From Rhynchobatus australiae (taxonomy: Eukaryota), in assembly GCA_034780895.1 (NCBI GenBank), contig JAUZTB010000057.1, forward strand, positions 20,531,823-20,595,822: 64,000 bases of DNA, in the 5' to 3' direction. Both the position numbers and the translations under genes were made by a program. Positions 43,516 through 57,555 of this stretch are shown piece after piece. The first letter of the stretch is position 1; the number at the start of each line of letters is the position of its first letter. Under the pieces are notes generated by a model. That model was not told where the DNA came from and made no database searches. It saw only the letters and a program-made list of their open reading frames with translations.

Positions 43516-46034
43516 AATGTTTCAACAGAACTGATGAAATAAATCATTAGCCTGAAAAATTAATTGTTTCTCTCCTCAGAGACCTACTGAGTATTTCCAG
43601 TATTTTCTATTTATATTTCATGTTTCCATCATCCCCAGTATTTTGCATTGTACTTTGCTGCATTCTATATGTACCAATTGGTGCATGCAATCTTGTGAGA
43701 GCCCCACACTGCCATCTTGTGGTGCATTATTGATTTGTTTCGTTACTTTTCCCACCCAATTTTCCAATACACCATTCAATAGCAACATTATGTATTTAAA
43801 TACAGCTTCTAATGCAAAAGATGAACCAAAATACTTCAGTTTTTTTTTTACATTAATAAGAAATATTGAAAGGGTGGAATTAGGAGTTTGGTCAAGGATG
43901 AGTAGTAAGAAGGGCCTTGGAGAAGTAGCTGAAAGAGTATGCTTAAAAGGCTAAATTTTAGAAGGGTGAATGACGGTCTAGAGCAAGAGAAGTCATGGAT
44001 GCAATGTCAGGAAGAGATTTCTGGGCCTGAGAATTTCTTATTGGACCAGGAGCCAATGCAGAACGGGGAAAGGGTTGCTGCAGGATAATAAATCAGCAAT
44101 AGAGTTGTGAGTTTACAGGTTTAAAGTCAAGTGAGAATTAAAATAAATAGAACAGGAAACAATAATGTGGTTATGGGAAGCAATTGATGAGTGAAGGCAG
44201 GAGCAGTGTTGGGTAATGTTTTAGAAGTGAATTTGGACAGTTTTATGATGGAAAGTATGTGGGCTGAAAGCAAAATCAAAGCAGATTGGAGCATTCCAGC
44301 AGCAGAGTGAGCAAAGGGTTGCTCCAGGAATCACAGAAGGAACAGAGAATACTCGTCGTCTAGATGTTGTTCATTTGCTGATCAAAATGCCAAGTGTTCT
44401 GTTTCAAACAACCCCCTTAGGCTTTGGTGTCAAAAGTTCATTGGAGATTGTATTCTCAATCAGCATGCAGGGATACTGAATTGAACAATTTAATTGCAAA
44501 TCTTTGAAAGCAATTTGTCTATGTCAAAGTGAGCTCTTGAAAAACATCAGAGAGACTGGACAAGGTGAGCTGGTTGATTTGTAACAACATTCTCAGCAAA
44601 GAGTAATTGCTGCAATTCAGCAGGAAAATTGATCTAGGTCTAGATTCAATCTTCAGAAAAAGTGTCCTTTTGCAAAAGTAGCTGACATTAAGTTTGGAAT
44701 TCACATATTTAACTGAGCTCTTTAGTATTGCTGCTTTCAAAGAGGAACAGCAGAGATGAAGCAGCCAACAGAACTTGTATTGAAGGCAGTAACTGGACTA
44801 AACAGCAGTGGCTGGTACAACAATGTATCAGTGTCAGATGACATAATACATTCAATTCTTAAAAGTAGCCCTTAAAAGTAGTGGGGGTGGGCGGTGGAAG
44901 AGGTGGAGGGGTAGTGGAAGGGGAGCTAAAAGATCAATCCCCAACGAGGTGAGTCGGTAGGTAAGTTTCCCCTCATGTTGCTCTCACAGTTCTCTAGACT
45001 TTGAAACTTGTTGAACAACTACCAGTGCAAAACTACAAGCAAAAATACTCCGTCCCAAGACTTGACTATATAAAAATATATGCATAATTTATTTATAATC
45101 CATATTGTGTGTTGTCTCTGCTGCAAGCAAATTTTTCATTGTACTATACCTCATGGTACTAGTGCACATGATAATAAACTCTTGTTGATAGTGTCACATG
45201 ATCAATCTTCTTTGATTGCCTCCAATCCTAGTCGCATGTTACAAGTGCTTACAAATGATTCAGTTAATCATTGTGATCTATGTGAAGTATTTTTTATCTT
45301 GCATGTGGTTCCCTAAGTACAACTAAACAGAATGTGGGTATAATCACAGGGTCCATATTTGGGACAAATCATTTGTCAAGCTGGTCTCCCAGTGATTAGG
45401 TGTGACTGAGACCTCTGCATTTCTGAACTGTAAAAATCTGTTGCTGTACTTCTGAAATCTCCCTAGGTGGGACTATTAGTGGAATATAGGACATTGACCA
45501 GTGCAGCTACTTATCTAGCAAGAGAACATATTAATCTCAAAAATTCTCCACGGGACTAAGTTTTTGAACAGCCTTGTCCTCTGGGACTCAATTTATATAA
45601 CATTAAGGCACTTTTTGGCAGCGACCTCATTCAGATTTTTTAAAATTCCAATTCAACACGTCAAAGCATATTTTAAAAATTGCTTGGAGAACTGAATAGG
45701 CCTTGTTGATTGAACCAATATAAACAGGGGTCTGATTTCCTGATAAATTGGATATGCTTACTCTTGAGAACTATTCTAATAGATGAGAGCAGCTTGCATT
45801 TATGGTTTTGGTTGTACTATAATGTTGCCAGTAGCCTGTTCTTCCTTTTAATAGGATATTCCTTGTCACATTCTGTGTATTTTGGGAGAGTCATGTTGTA
45901 AATTTGTGCTACTTACAAGCCTACAGTGTGGTAGTTCTCTATCTCGGCAATGCACCTTCTGCCCTCAAGTGCTTGTTGTTTTCAATTCTCACATATGAGA
46001 TCCTGGATCTTGTACAGGATCTTTAATGTATTTA

Positions 46035-46440
46035 AATGTCTTCTCTTCTTGGGCAGTTCCTCAGGATTGAGGGTGACTTGCTTCCATGTTAGTTTTGTTG
46101 GTCTAATATCTTCCACAGAGGGGCAGAAAGTGGCTAATAGGGTGGGTGGGTTGTTTGCGTAGTAGTTTGGTCCTTCTGCTTACAAAGGGCTTCTTGGGCT
46201 CTGCATGCATGACCCTGTAGTTCTCAGTATCGTCCTGAATGCTCCTTCACTTCTAGAAGCCACGAGCCAAAGGTTCCCAGGTGTCGTCTGGGATGTTGCA
46301 TTTCTTCGAAACTTTTAAACGTGCTTGAATCTTTTTCTGCACCAGGTACTCTCCTCCCACAACAGAGCTAGGAATAGTCTGTTTTGGGAATCTGGTATCA
46401 AGCATGAGAACAAATTAGCCATCCCAACATGGCAGCCTGC
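46035..46440 (-). mobile_element. RTE-like LINE 3' fragment
   Basis: - strand tail gaagcaagtcaccctcaatcctgaggaactgcccaagaag, similar to the tail at 63245-63280. Confidence 0.5.
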
Positions 46441-47599
46441 TGGTAACCAAGGACTAAATGTTCACTCACTTTGCTTTCAAGTAATCTAATCTAAAACAGT
46501 TATGTTTGTGCATAAATGCATATGAGCCATGGCAAATCTTGAATTTTTGATTCAACTTTCAAAATTGTCCAATTTTGCACTAAGAAAATAAGGATTGGTA
46601 AGATAAAGGAATTTACAAATGTGATTCTCTCCAACACTGCCAAAAATACAAAATTGTTGAAACTGGGAAATAAGTTTTTAAGATTCAAAAATAATTCCAT
46701 AACAAAACGTGCCACATTTCCAATGCAATGTAATTCATGTAAGATGTTTATTTTTCCAACATTATTTGCAAGTTGAAGACTAAGTTGAATCTAAGCTTTG
46801 GAAGGGAATTTCTGATGCCACAAAAGGCTAAAGAACATGGTAGGTGGACTGTTGCTGTAATGTGTCATTAAATCAATACAACTGATATGAATTATTTGTT
46901 TTACAAGTTTTTAAATTTTTTTTAAAGAAGCAATTATATTTCTAAGACCATTTCATTATCAGGACCAGTACTCTTGGATACCTGAAATTGTGGATTTGAA
47001 ATCTTGAGCACATATCTAACCAGACACTAGTGAGCCTGCCATTTTTCAGAGAAGATTTAAACTTGTTTAATGTGAATGTAAAAGTTGTATTGGCACAACT
47101 TGAAAATGGACAGGGTAAATATTTATTCCATGTAATTTAAACTATTAACTGCTAAGTTGTTCACTGTTTGTGACACTACCATATTATTGTTTGTGAAGCA
47201 TTTTGGGACCAACTGTGGTCATAATTGATGCCTAGAAGTTTTCTTAATTAGAACTTATTTGATGACTTTAGGCTACATCAGTTTACTCACAGGGTCAGCC
47301 TTCACATTTGCTAAGATAACTAACAATGGTGATAAATCAGATTTTAGGTTGAATTAAAACTGTACAGGTCCCTATCTTTAAATTCATCAAAAAATACTCN
47401 NNNNNNNNNNNNNNNNNNNNNNNNNNNNNNNNNNNNNNNNNNNNNNNNNNNNNNNNNNNNNNNNNNNNNNNNNNNNNNNNNNNNNNNNNNNNNNNNNNNC
47501 CCCCAGAACACTCTACGCAAAAGGTGTATTTCACTGTGTGTTTCGATGTACATGTGACTAATAAAGAAATCTTATCTTAATAAATACACATAAAGAAAA

Positions 47600-48150
47600 A
47601 ACAGTGCAAAATTCTTTACATTCTTACTGGCATTTGGTCAGTACATTCAGCAGTATTATCACCTTTTATTAAACCACAGCGCCATTGTCACTTATGTGGC
47701 CTCCAGGGGTGATGCACCCTTTCAATGTTTGAGGGACTTCCCCACCAGACTCAGCCACTCCACGTCCAGTAGTGGAGGGAGCCTCGACTGTGGTCCTTCC
47801 CCACAGAGCCTTTGCATTGGCTGCACTGAGCTTCTGTGAGTCCCTCCGCATGTACTCCTCCAGCCTGGGATGTGCCCTCCAACAGCATTCCCTTACGGAC
47901 ATCGCGCCGTGCTGGAAGTCTAACAAGTTTCAGGTAGACCAAAGAGAGTCTTTCACTGAGCTGATGGTCTTCCAGTAGCGTTTGACATCCATTTCCGTGC
48001 ATGTCCCTGGGATCAGAGAGTCCTCTGTTACGCAGCTGCTGGAGATTAACTGAGACAAGGACCCTTGCCCCCTTCTTTATCTACCAGATGAGGGAGTCAA
48101 TCAGATGGATGTTTAACGACAACCCTGTAGTTTCACAGTCCCTGGGCATG
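47600..48150 (-). mobile_element. Tx1/L1-clade LINE ORF2 C-terminal fragment with 3'UTR
   Basis: - strand WKTISSVKDSLWST.NLLDFQ...RECCWRAHPRLEEYMRRDSQKLSAANAKALWGRTTV; AATAAA on the - strand at 47670-47665. Confidence 0.7.
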
Positions 48151-48340
48151 GAGTCACGTTTAAATTGGGCCAGCCAATAATGGCATAGTCCCTTCCCACA
48201 AAGCAATGTAAGAAACAGTGTGGGTGCACCAGACATTTAAAACCCTCTCTGCCAACAATGCAGCATGGAGTGCACTGGAGGAACATTCAGTTTGTATAAA
48301 AATGTTGGGACAGCATCACTCTGTTGCTTTATTTATCAGG

Positions 48341-51300
48341 GTGATAGTGATGGGAGAATCAATAGTGAGGGGGGTAGACAGGAGATTCTGTGGACGCAGA
48401 AGACATCAGGATGGTGGGTTACCTTCGGGGTGCCAGGGTCAAGGATATCACTGAGCAGCTGCAGAAAATACTCGAGGGGGAGGGCGAACAGCCAGAGGTC
48501 ATTGTATATTTTGGTACAAACGACATAGGTGGAACAAGGGATGAGGTCCTGTAGAATGAGTATTGGGACTAAGGTAAGAAGTTAAGAAGCAGGACCTCAA
48601 GGGTAGTGATCCCCAGATTACTCCCTGTGCCACTTGCTAGTGAGGATAGAAATAGAAGGCTGGGCCAGATGAATTTATGGCTGTGGAGCTGGTGCAGGAG
48701 GCAGGGATTCAGGATCTGGGGCCATTGGGATCTCTTCTGGGGTAGAGATGACCTGTACAGGAGGGACAGGATCTACTTGAACCAGAGAGGGACCAATGTC
48801 CTTGCAGGGAAATTTGCTAGTTGCTACATGGGAGGATTTAAATTCACAGTGGGGTGGGATTCTGAGCAGGAGCAAGTTATGGGATAAACCAGTAGCCAGC
48901 AAGAACAAGCTTAGTGATCAGGATAGCCAGGGGCACAGTAAAGGCAGGGAAAGGACACCCAGTTAAACTGCATTTATTTCAATGCACGAGGTTTAACAGG
49001 TAAGGCGGACGAACTCAGAGTGTGGATTGGTTCTGAGGATTGAATATTGTGGCCATCACAGAAACGTGGCTGAGAGAAGGGCAGGACTGACAGCTCAATG
49101 TTCCAGGATATGGATGCTACAGGTGTGACAGAGGTACAGGTAAGTGAGGAGATGGTGCTGCCTTACTGATAAGGGAGGACGTACCAGCAGTACTTGGAGA
49201 CAACATTCATGAGGCCATATGGGTAGAATTTAGAAACAAGAAGGGGAGGGTCACTCTACTGGTTCTGTATTGAAGACCTCCCAATAGTCAACTGAGTTGA
49301 GAAATTGTAGAGAAATTGCTCATAGTTGTAAGATAATAGAGTTGTATTAGTGGGAGATTTTAATTTCCCCAGTATTGACTGCGCCACCCAGAGATTTAAG
49401 GGTCCGGATGAGGTGGAATTTATGAAATGTGTCCAGGAAAATTTCCTGAGTTAATGTATAGAGGTCCCAACTCAGGAGGGTGCAATACTGGACCTCCTCT
49501 TAGGGAGCAAGGTAGGGCAAGTAACTGAAGTGCCAGTCAGGGCACACTTTGGCTCTGGTGACCATAATTCTATTGTTTGAAGACGGTGATGGGGAAGGAT
49601 AGGACAGGTCAACAGGTTAGGGTCCTTAACTGGAGCAGGGCTAATTTTGGGGGAATTAGGCAGGATCTCGCAGAGGTCGATTGGGTGAACCTGATTGAAA
49701 GGAAAAGTACAAACAGTAAGTGGGAGGCTTTTAAGAGTCTGATATCAAGAATCTAAGAGCAGCATGTAGGTCCCCATGGAGATCAGCAGGGGCCACCTAT
49801 GTCTTGAGCCACAGGAGATGGGAGGGATTTTATAACGAATATTTCTCCTTGGTATTTACTGAGGAGAAAATCGTGGTTGCTCAAGAGATAAGGGAAACTA
49901 GTGGAGATGTTTTGGAGGACATTCATATTACCAGGGAAGAGGTATTTGCAGCCATAAAGTGTATTAAGGTGGATAAATCCCCGGTGCCTGACCAAGTGCA
50001 TCCTCAGACATTGTGGGAGGCGAGAGATAAAATTGCAGAGGCCCTTACAGGGATATTTGCTTCATCATTAGCCACTGATCAAATTCCTGAAGGCTAGAAG
50101 GTGGCTAATGTTGTTCTGTCATTTAAGAAGGGCAGCAAGGACAAGCCAGGGAACTACAGGCGGGTCAGCCTGACATTAGAAGTTGGGAAGTCATTGGAGG
50201 GAATTCTGAGGGACAGGATCTACCAGCATTTGGATAGACAGAGTCTGATTAGGAGGAGTCAGCAAGGCTTTGTGCATGGAAAGTCGTGCTTGATGAATCT
50301 TTTAGAGTTCTTTTGAAGAAGTAACCAAAAAGGTAGATGAGGGTAGGGCAGTGGATGTTGTCTATTTGGACTTTAGCAAGGCCTTCGACAAGGTCCCGTA
50401 CAGTAGGCTGGTCTGGAAGGTGAGGTTCCATGGAATCCAGGGAGAGCTAGTTAGGTGGATTCAAAATTGGCTCAGAGGTAGAAAGCAGAGGGTGGTTGAA
50501 GGTTGTTTCTCGGGATGGGGGCCGGTGACTAGTGGTGTGCCGCAGAGTTCCATGTTGGGACCCTTGTTATTTATATAAATGATTTGGAATCAAACTCACA
50601 AGGCTTGATTAGTAAGTTTGCGGATGACATGAAATTAGGAGGTGTTGTTGATAGTGAAGAAGGTTATCGCAGATTACAGGGGATCTTGATCAGTTGGGAA
50701 AGTGGGCCAAGGATTGACAAATGGATTTCAATACAGATAAGTGGTAAGTGATGCATGTTGGAAAGTCAAACCAGTGTAGGACTTGTACTGTGAATGGTAG
50801 GGCACTAGGGAGTGTAATGGAACAGAGGGGCCTAGGAGTGGCAGTGTCACAGGGAGACTGGGTGGTGAAAAAGGCATTTAGCAGGCTGGCCTTCATCAGT
50901 CAGGGCATTGAGTATAGGAGTTGGGACATTACGTTGCAGTTGTACAAGTGATTGGCGAGGCCGCACTTGGAGTACTGTATACAATTTTGGTCACCTTGTT
51001 ATAGGAAAGATCTGGTAAAACTAGGAAGAGTGGAGAAAAGATTTACAAGGATGTTGCCAGGATTTGAGGGCCTGAGTTATAGGGGAAGGGTGGCCAGGCT
51101 AGGTCTTTATTCCTTGCAACGTAGGTGAACGAGAGGCAACCTTGTTGATGTTTATAAAATCATGAGGGGCATAGATAAGGTGGATGGTAGCAGTCCTTTC
51201 CCCAGGGTAGGGGAGTCCAAAACTAGGGGGCACAGATTTAGGGTGAGAGAGGAAAGATTTAAAAGAGACTTGAGGGGCAACTTTTTCCACACAGAGTGTG

Positions 51301-51498
51301 GTGAGTATACGGAATGAACTGCCGGAGAAAATGGTTGAGGCAATTACAACAGTATCATTAAGAAGCACTTGAATAGGTACGTGCAAGGGCAGGACTTTGA
51401 GGGATGTGGGCTGAATACGGGAAATTGGGACTAGCTGTGTGGGCACTGTGGTTGGCACAGACCTCTTGGGCCCGTATCTATGCTTTATGACACTATAA
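48341..51498 (+). mobile_element. Relatively well-preserved CR1-clade LINE: ORF1 SGNH esterase, ORF2 APE endonuclease and RT, 3' tail; inactivated by stops and frameshifts
   Basis: VIVMGESIVRGVDRRF and FGTNDIG (esterase); LNCIYFNARGLTGKADELR from 48963, AITETWL and GDFNFP (endonuclease); DVVYLDFSKAFDKV, GVPQSSMLGP and KFADD (RT); tail gggcccgtatctatgctttatgacactat. Confidence 0.95.
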
Positions 51499-52559
51499 CA
51501 TGCAACATTTAAAAAAATTAAAATGCATGCATTTTTCAGATGCTTTGCAAATTTCCCAATACGAGATATTTGTTGGGGAATTTAAGATTACCTGTTACTG
51601 AATCTCTCTCTATTTCTGACACACCAATAATATTTGACAACTAAATACAAACAACTAAATGCAGACCATGTTGAGGCGATACTCTGAACATATATCACAA
51701 TTCAGTGACAAAGAAAGTCCAAATTTAGCATAGTTTTGACTGGTGATATGCGATTTTTTTTTTAAAGATTTGAAGGCAAGAAAGAGGTCACAAAAGATAG
51801 AGATGGGAAGCCAGAGTTCATCACATTGTATTGCATTCATCAGTGTAATTGCAGTAATGTGGGTGAGTTGGTATCAGATTTATGCTTCAATAAAGGCATA
51901 ATTATTAGATGTTCCAGCTCTTCAGGGAGGAGGAGATTTGTGATAAGGCACAGTTGGAGTGAACTATTTTATGGTAGGTTTCTTGCCAAGGGAGTGGTAC
52001 AGCCAAATAATAAATGTTCAGCTACAAAAAGTGACACTAGGTGTTCAGAAACTCAGGTAAGATATTAAAACAGGTGATGGGCTTTGCCAAGCAGAAGGGA
52101 AAACACAAAGAAACTAAAGGAAGATTGGCTGTAGTTAGATGGAGGGCAAATAAAAAGTTTAAGGGCACAATTGATTGCAACCTACTGTAAAAATGTTTGA
52201 CCCAGGTATTACAGTATAATTGTTTGTATACAAGTTTATACAATAGTTTTCTTAAAAATCTCTACACTGAATTTAGGAACTAATGACTTCAAAACAAATT
52301 AGTGACTGATTTATGGCAGGAGTACTTAGTTTGTGAGTGGGCTTTACGAACGTACCACTCAAATTCACCAGTCTACATCTGAATGAATTAGCAGTCAACC
52401 AAAGACATTCAGTCAAGTTGACAGAACCTTTGAAATGCAATTCTTCACAGACTATGATGTACAGCCAAAACAAGTCAGCCAATTTCAGTATACTAATTAA
52501 AAGTTACTAAGAGACTTTTTAAAAAAAAAAGTAGCTACTAACATAGGAGGACATTAATT

Positions 52560-52565
52560 TTTATT
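52560..52565 (-). terminator. ANAPC7: Candidate ANAPC7 poly(A) signal
   Basis: AATAAA on the - strand about 1 kb after the stop codon, with a T10 run about 30 nt downstream. Confidence 0.55.
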
Positions 52566-53555
52566 TGAAGGAAATAAAACATGCATTTCATATACAATGA
52601 TACAACTAGTGTATACACTGTATATTTTTTAATTAGTACTCAAAATTTCATTTTACCTCCATTCTTTACAAAATACACAATACATTATCAAAACAGTTAT
52701 TGCGAGAACTAGCTGGTGAGACAGCATACAGAGCATCACAGCTGTCAAAAGGATTTAATACAAACAATAAGTTATATGCTCCACAATGTCTGGTGAAACT
52801 GGATACAGCAGTGTGCAAATTTAATTCTTGCATGGTGCAGAAAGAGCTATCCAGCACCAAGGATTAGAGCAAATCTAGGTCTTCAAAGTAAGTATAATTG
52901 GTAATGGATCTGAGAATAGTTCAAAACCTTTTTTGATATGGCATTGGAAAAAATTGATGCCTTCAAATGGGACAACTCCATTAAAACTCAGTTCAAGGTA
53001 AAAATTAAGGTAGTCAACAGTTTAAATATCTGAACATAAATTTATGAAATCAATCACTTTCTCTATAGCTTCAGGATTCATGCATTTTAATGTTTCACTC
53101 CTTGGTTATTCCGCTTTGATTTTAAAGCTTTCATGAAGAAAATTAGCAAAATATTTCAGCATTCTGAGTTTAGTTTGGCTTTAATTCATATAAACTCTTT
53201 ATCTAAAACTGTAGATTTCATAAGTTTGAATAATGAAGTCTCACATTGAAATGTTTAATTTATAAGTAACATTATGAAGATCACAGCAGCCCAATCAACT
53301 GCCATTGCATTAGTTAACTGGTCTGAATAAAACATTATGGAGAGCAAGAATATTCTTGTAAACCAAAAAAAATGTACAAAAATGTACATTTGTAATAGAA
53401 ATACACCATGAGCTAACAGATTCCTGACCATATTCCTTCTGTATCATCAAGCAATGATTATAATTAATTATAAAATCCAAGGCAGCTGGATAACAGAAAA
53501 CAAAAGTTCATTTGAAGAGGCCCATGTGATATTTGTGAAGTTTTCAGTGCTTTTC

Positions 53556-53745
53556 TTACTGCATGCCAAACCACTGTTCTTGATCTGCCCACTGTGCAGT
53601 CTCACTATCACTCCCCTCCAGGTCTCCTTCTTCTCCACTACCCTCCATGTCATCCACATCCTCCTCTTGCGCTGCTTCTGTCTGACTTTCTTCCTTCTCC
53701 ATCTTCTGCATTCCTTCTAAAGATTTCTGATCATTGGGATCCAGG
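53556..53745 (-). CDS. ANAPC7: APC7 last coding exon, LDPNDQKSLEGMQKMEKEES...EEDVDDMEGSGEEGDLEGSDSETAQWADQEQWFGMQ*
   Basis: tcttttgcag| acceptor; acidic tail ending QWFGMQ, with TAA at 53558-53556. Confidence 0.97.
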
Positions 53746-53969
53746 CTGCAAAAGATAGTGAGTTACTTCTAGAAATTTTACTTCCTGGAAAAAAGAATGA
53801 GGTCCAATTCTACTCAGTATGAAATTAAGTCAAAACATAAGAGTTTGGGGGAAGGGAGGGATATGTTGATTGATTAAAGTCCCAACGTCCATTGTCAAGA
53901 ATAACAAAGACCAAAAGGAACAAGTTTTTAAATAATGCAAAATAAGATGTTCATTAAAAGGTGATGTAC

Positions 53970-54515
53970 AGATTATTGGTTTATTGTCGCATGTACTGAG
54001 ATACAGTGAAAAGCTTTTGTTTTGTGTGCCATCCAGGATGGATCATGCCATTACATAATTACATCAATGTAGTTTTAAAAAAACAGAATATAGTGTTGCA
54101 GTTACAGAGAGTGCAGTGTAGGTAGACAAGTGTAAGGGCCATGACCAGGTAGATTGGGAGGATCAAGAGTTCACCATTTAGCATATGAGAAGTCCATTCA
54201 AGAGTCTGATAATAGTGGAATAGAAGTTGTCCTCAGTCTAGTGATATGTGCTCTCAAACATTTGTAACTTCTGCCCAGCAGGAGGGGAGAAGACAATGAC
54301 TAGGGTCGGAGTGTTCTTGATCACTAACTGATTTCCTGAGGCAGCAGGAAGTGTAGACTGGTTTGTGTGATGTACTGGGCTGCATTCACAACACTCTGCA
54401 ATTCCTTGCGGGCAGAGCAGTTGCCATACCCCATGATGCATCCCCATAGGATGCTTTCTATGGTGCACCTAAAAATTAAAGTTATCAGGAACATGTTGAA
54501 TTTCCTTAGCCTTCT
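53970..54515 (-). mobile_element. Rex1/Babar-like LINE 3' fragment in the last ANAPC7 intron
   Basis: - strand RCTIESILWGCIMGYGNCSA, homologous to 61870-61940; reversed tail tttattgtcgcatgtactgagatacagtgaaaag. Confidence 0.75.
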
Positions 54516-55407
54516 TGCTTTAAAGCATGCTGGAGGTACTGGTGTGCTCCCTTGTTAACGAGTCAATTGCAGAAGTTACAGTTGTAGTTACATTTTGTGG
54601 GTATAGCAAAACCAAATAGAACATTAATCTAGAAAGAGGAGGCAATAAAAACAAGATTGCTTTCTCCCCCTCAAAAACCTCTTTCCACTACATTCCCCTT
54701 TACTCTTCCTCTCAAAATGGCAGTTCATGCCAATTTATGGCTCAATAGATCTTTCTAGGCTTCACATTAGAAAACAATAATTAGATACCAATGAGCTATT
54801 CAGCAGGGAAATATAAGTCAAACTTGGCACTGTCCATAACCTTTTTGGTACATCTACAACTTACCATATACCAAGTTCTCTACTGAACATCCCACCTTGT
54901 TGAAGTATATTAGCAGAACCCCACCAGGAAGAGAAATTCTATACAGTTCAAAGCCAGAGCAGACATTGTCAGGGACATCTTGAGCACTGACTCTTAACAT
55001 GAACAAGAACCAATTAAATCTTAAATTATAAAGGAGAAATTGATTTATGAATGAAAAATCTTATAGAGAGTAAAAACACTAATATAGCTGACACTTGAAT
55101 GAAATTCTTCTGAACTGCATAATTTAAAGATGTTTGGACAAAGGTGTGAAATCTGTCATTTAAAGCTTTGCCTTGCACATGACTCAATGCATAGTCCTCT
55201 ACTTTTCCCAGATTTGCTCCCAAGGCTCAAAAATTACCAGATGAGAGTAGATGTCAGACATATGCTCAATCTAAACTTGTTTCAGAAACTGTACTTAATT
55301 TGTATGTGCCCAACTTCATGTACAATTTCCACAAACCAACTAAAAAGGCACCCAAAAAATTGCCAGTGTAAGAGCAGACAGCAACTGAAACATTCTTACT
55401 CATGTAC

Positions 55408-55558
55408 CTTAATGCAATGCTGTATTGGTCCATTGCTTCCTGGTAATCACTTACAGCCACAAGAAAATCTCCAAGCATCCGATGCAGAATACAAACACTC
55501 TGATTTGCCAGTGCATTTCGCAGAAGAGCTATGCCTTCTTCATACTTCTGTTCACGGC
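55408..55558 (-). CDS. ANAPC7: APC7 exon REQKYEEGIALLRNALANQSVCILHRMLGDFLVAVSDYQEAMDQYSIAL
   Basis: ctttttag| and |gtacat; 151 nt. Confidence 0.95.
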
Positions 55559-57555
55559 CTAAAAAGTTGATAAGATTTGACTAGTAAACTAGTAATCTTC
55601 AAATATTCGAAGTGCAAAATATAAAGTTATTTAGAGCAAATTCTTCATACCATCCCTTCAATTAGCTGACACTGGGTGAGTGAGTCACCAGTTCTCAGGC
55701 TGTGCAGCTTTCAAACAAACTACAGGAGATGCAGGGCTTCATTTGCTCTACTTTTCCTTTCCCATCTATGGAGAAGCATTTTGCTTTTGCTCCAACCTCT
55801 CTCAGATGGATTAACTGAAATTAAGAATTAACCATTTTATGAATTTACTGTCTTCTTGGGAAATGTTAGAAACTTGTTTTTATTTTTGAAAAAATATCAG
55901 TGCATTTAATCCTTCACCTGACTAAAAAACAATGATACTCTAATGCAATGTTAAACATGACCAGCATCGGGTAATTAAATCCATCCCTTTCTGCTAAAAA
56001 TTATTTAGCATGACATTTATGTTTTTACTGGTCATGTGGCTTAACACAAAACATTGGGAGCATAGATGACAAATTAAGTTTTAAAAAATGTAATATTAAG
56101 TAATACAAAGTTAGTTTGTACTTTTCTTATTTGTATAGTATATCTATGCACATATAGCCTAGAATACCTGTTCCATTAGATAGTGTCATTAAATGTTAAA
56201 AGATTAGCAGGCAAAGTTTTTTTAAGAAAATTGAAAAAATATTCTGGGCAGCAATTTCCATAAAAGTGAACATTGCCTGTCAAGTTCCTGCTGCAATTTT
56301 CCCAAANNNNNNNNNNNNNNNNNNNNNNNNNNNNNNNNNNNNNNNNNNNNNNNNNNNNNNNNNNNNNNNNNNNNNNNNNNNNNNNNNNNNNNNNNNNNNN
56401 NNNNNNCCCAAAATTCTCTACAGGAAGTGTAGAGAAATGCAGGTTACATTCTAAACAGACAAATATATAAATTATCAGCTCTCTCAGGGACTACCTACCA
56501 ATAATTTTGTCTAAAGACCACATTTGTTCTCAATTCCACATATACTGGAGAAAGTTACTATAAAGTGTTAATTTTATGCATAAACTTGCAAGTAGGTGAA
56601 TTGTACATCTCCATATCTTACAATAGGGTCATAGAATTTACAGTATAAAGGACAATAGTCCACAGCAGCACTGGTAATTCATTGAAGAATGTTTACTACA
56701 AGCCCCATTAATCATATCCTCCTGTGAAAACTTTTCCATTTCACTTTTGTACATTGAGGAAAAACATCTTGTTCCAATGAATGTATTTGCAAGAATTTCT
56801 TCTGACACTTTTTCTAGACTTTGGTGTGATCACTGTCACTTTTGAGTCAGAAGCTCATAGATTTAAGGTCTATCAGAGTGGTTGAGCACAATCCAGTTCA
56901 ACATTTCAGTGGAATGCTATGTACTGCATTGATGGGGATAGTCTTTGAGAGGGACTGTCTGCTCTTTAGAGGAATAAAAAAAATCATTCTGAACAATTCA
57001 AAGAATGGGGAGAATTACCAAGATTCCTGCCAATATTTCTCCCTCATCTCAGACAACAAATTCAGGTTAACTATTTATTTACATCACCAAGTGAAAGTTT
57101 GTTATGTGAAAACTCACCACCTTATTTGCGCAAAGCAAAATCATTCATCTCCAAATGTAACTTCCTGGCTTTAAAGTGTGCTTGAGGATATGAAAGGTGT
57201 AAGATACAATACTTCTTTCTATCACCAGCCCCAAATCTGTATCTGTTTGTTGATTTGCCAGCTGGCAGGAACTTTGTATTAAAAACTTTTAAATTTCAAA
57301 AAGAATTTTCGCTGTAATGATTAAAAACTCCATTTTCCAGAATTCCTTAATAACTTCCTTTGGAGATGTAGGAAATGTAATATTGAATTACAGCAGCACC
57401 CTCTAAGGTGCTTATAATGGAACACCTATAAATACAATATGCTCTACCTGTGCCCATCTGGTGTTTAGCACTTGCCTATTCTTGTATTGAATGATTCATT
57501 CTCTCTCTCACTCACTCACTCACACAATGAAAGGAATTAAAAAGACATATCTTAC

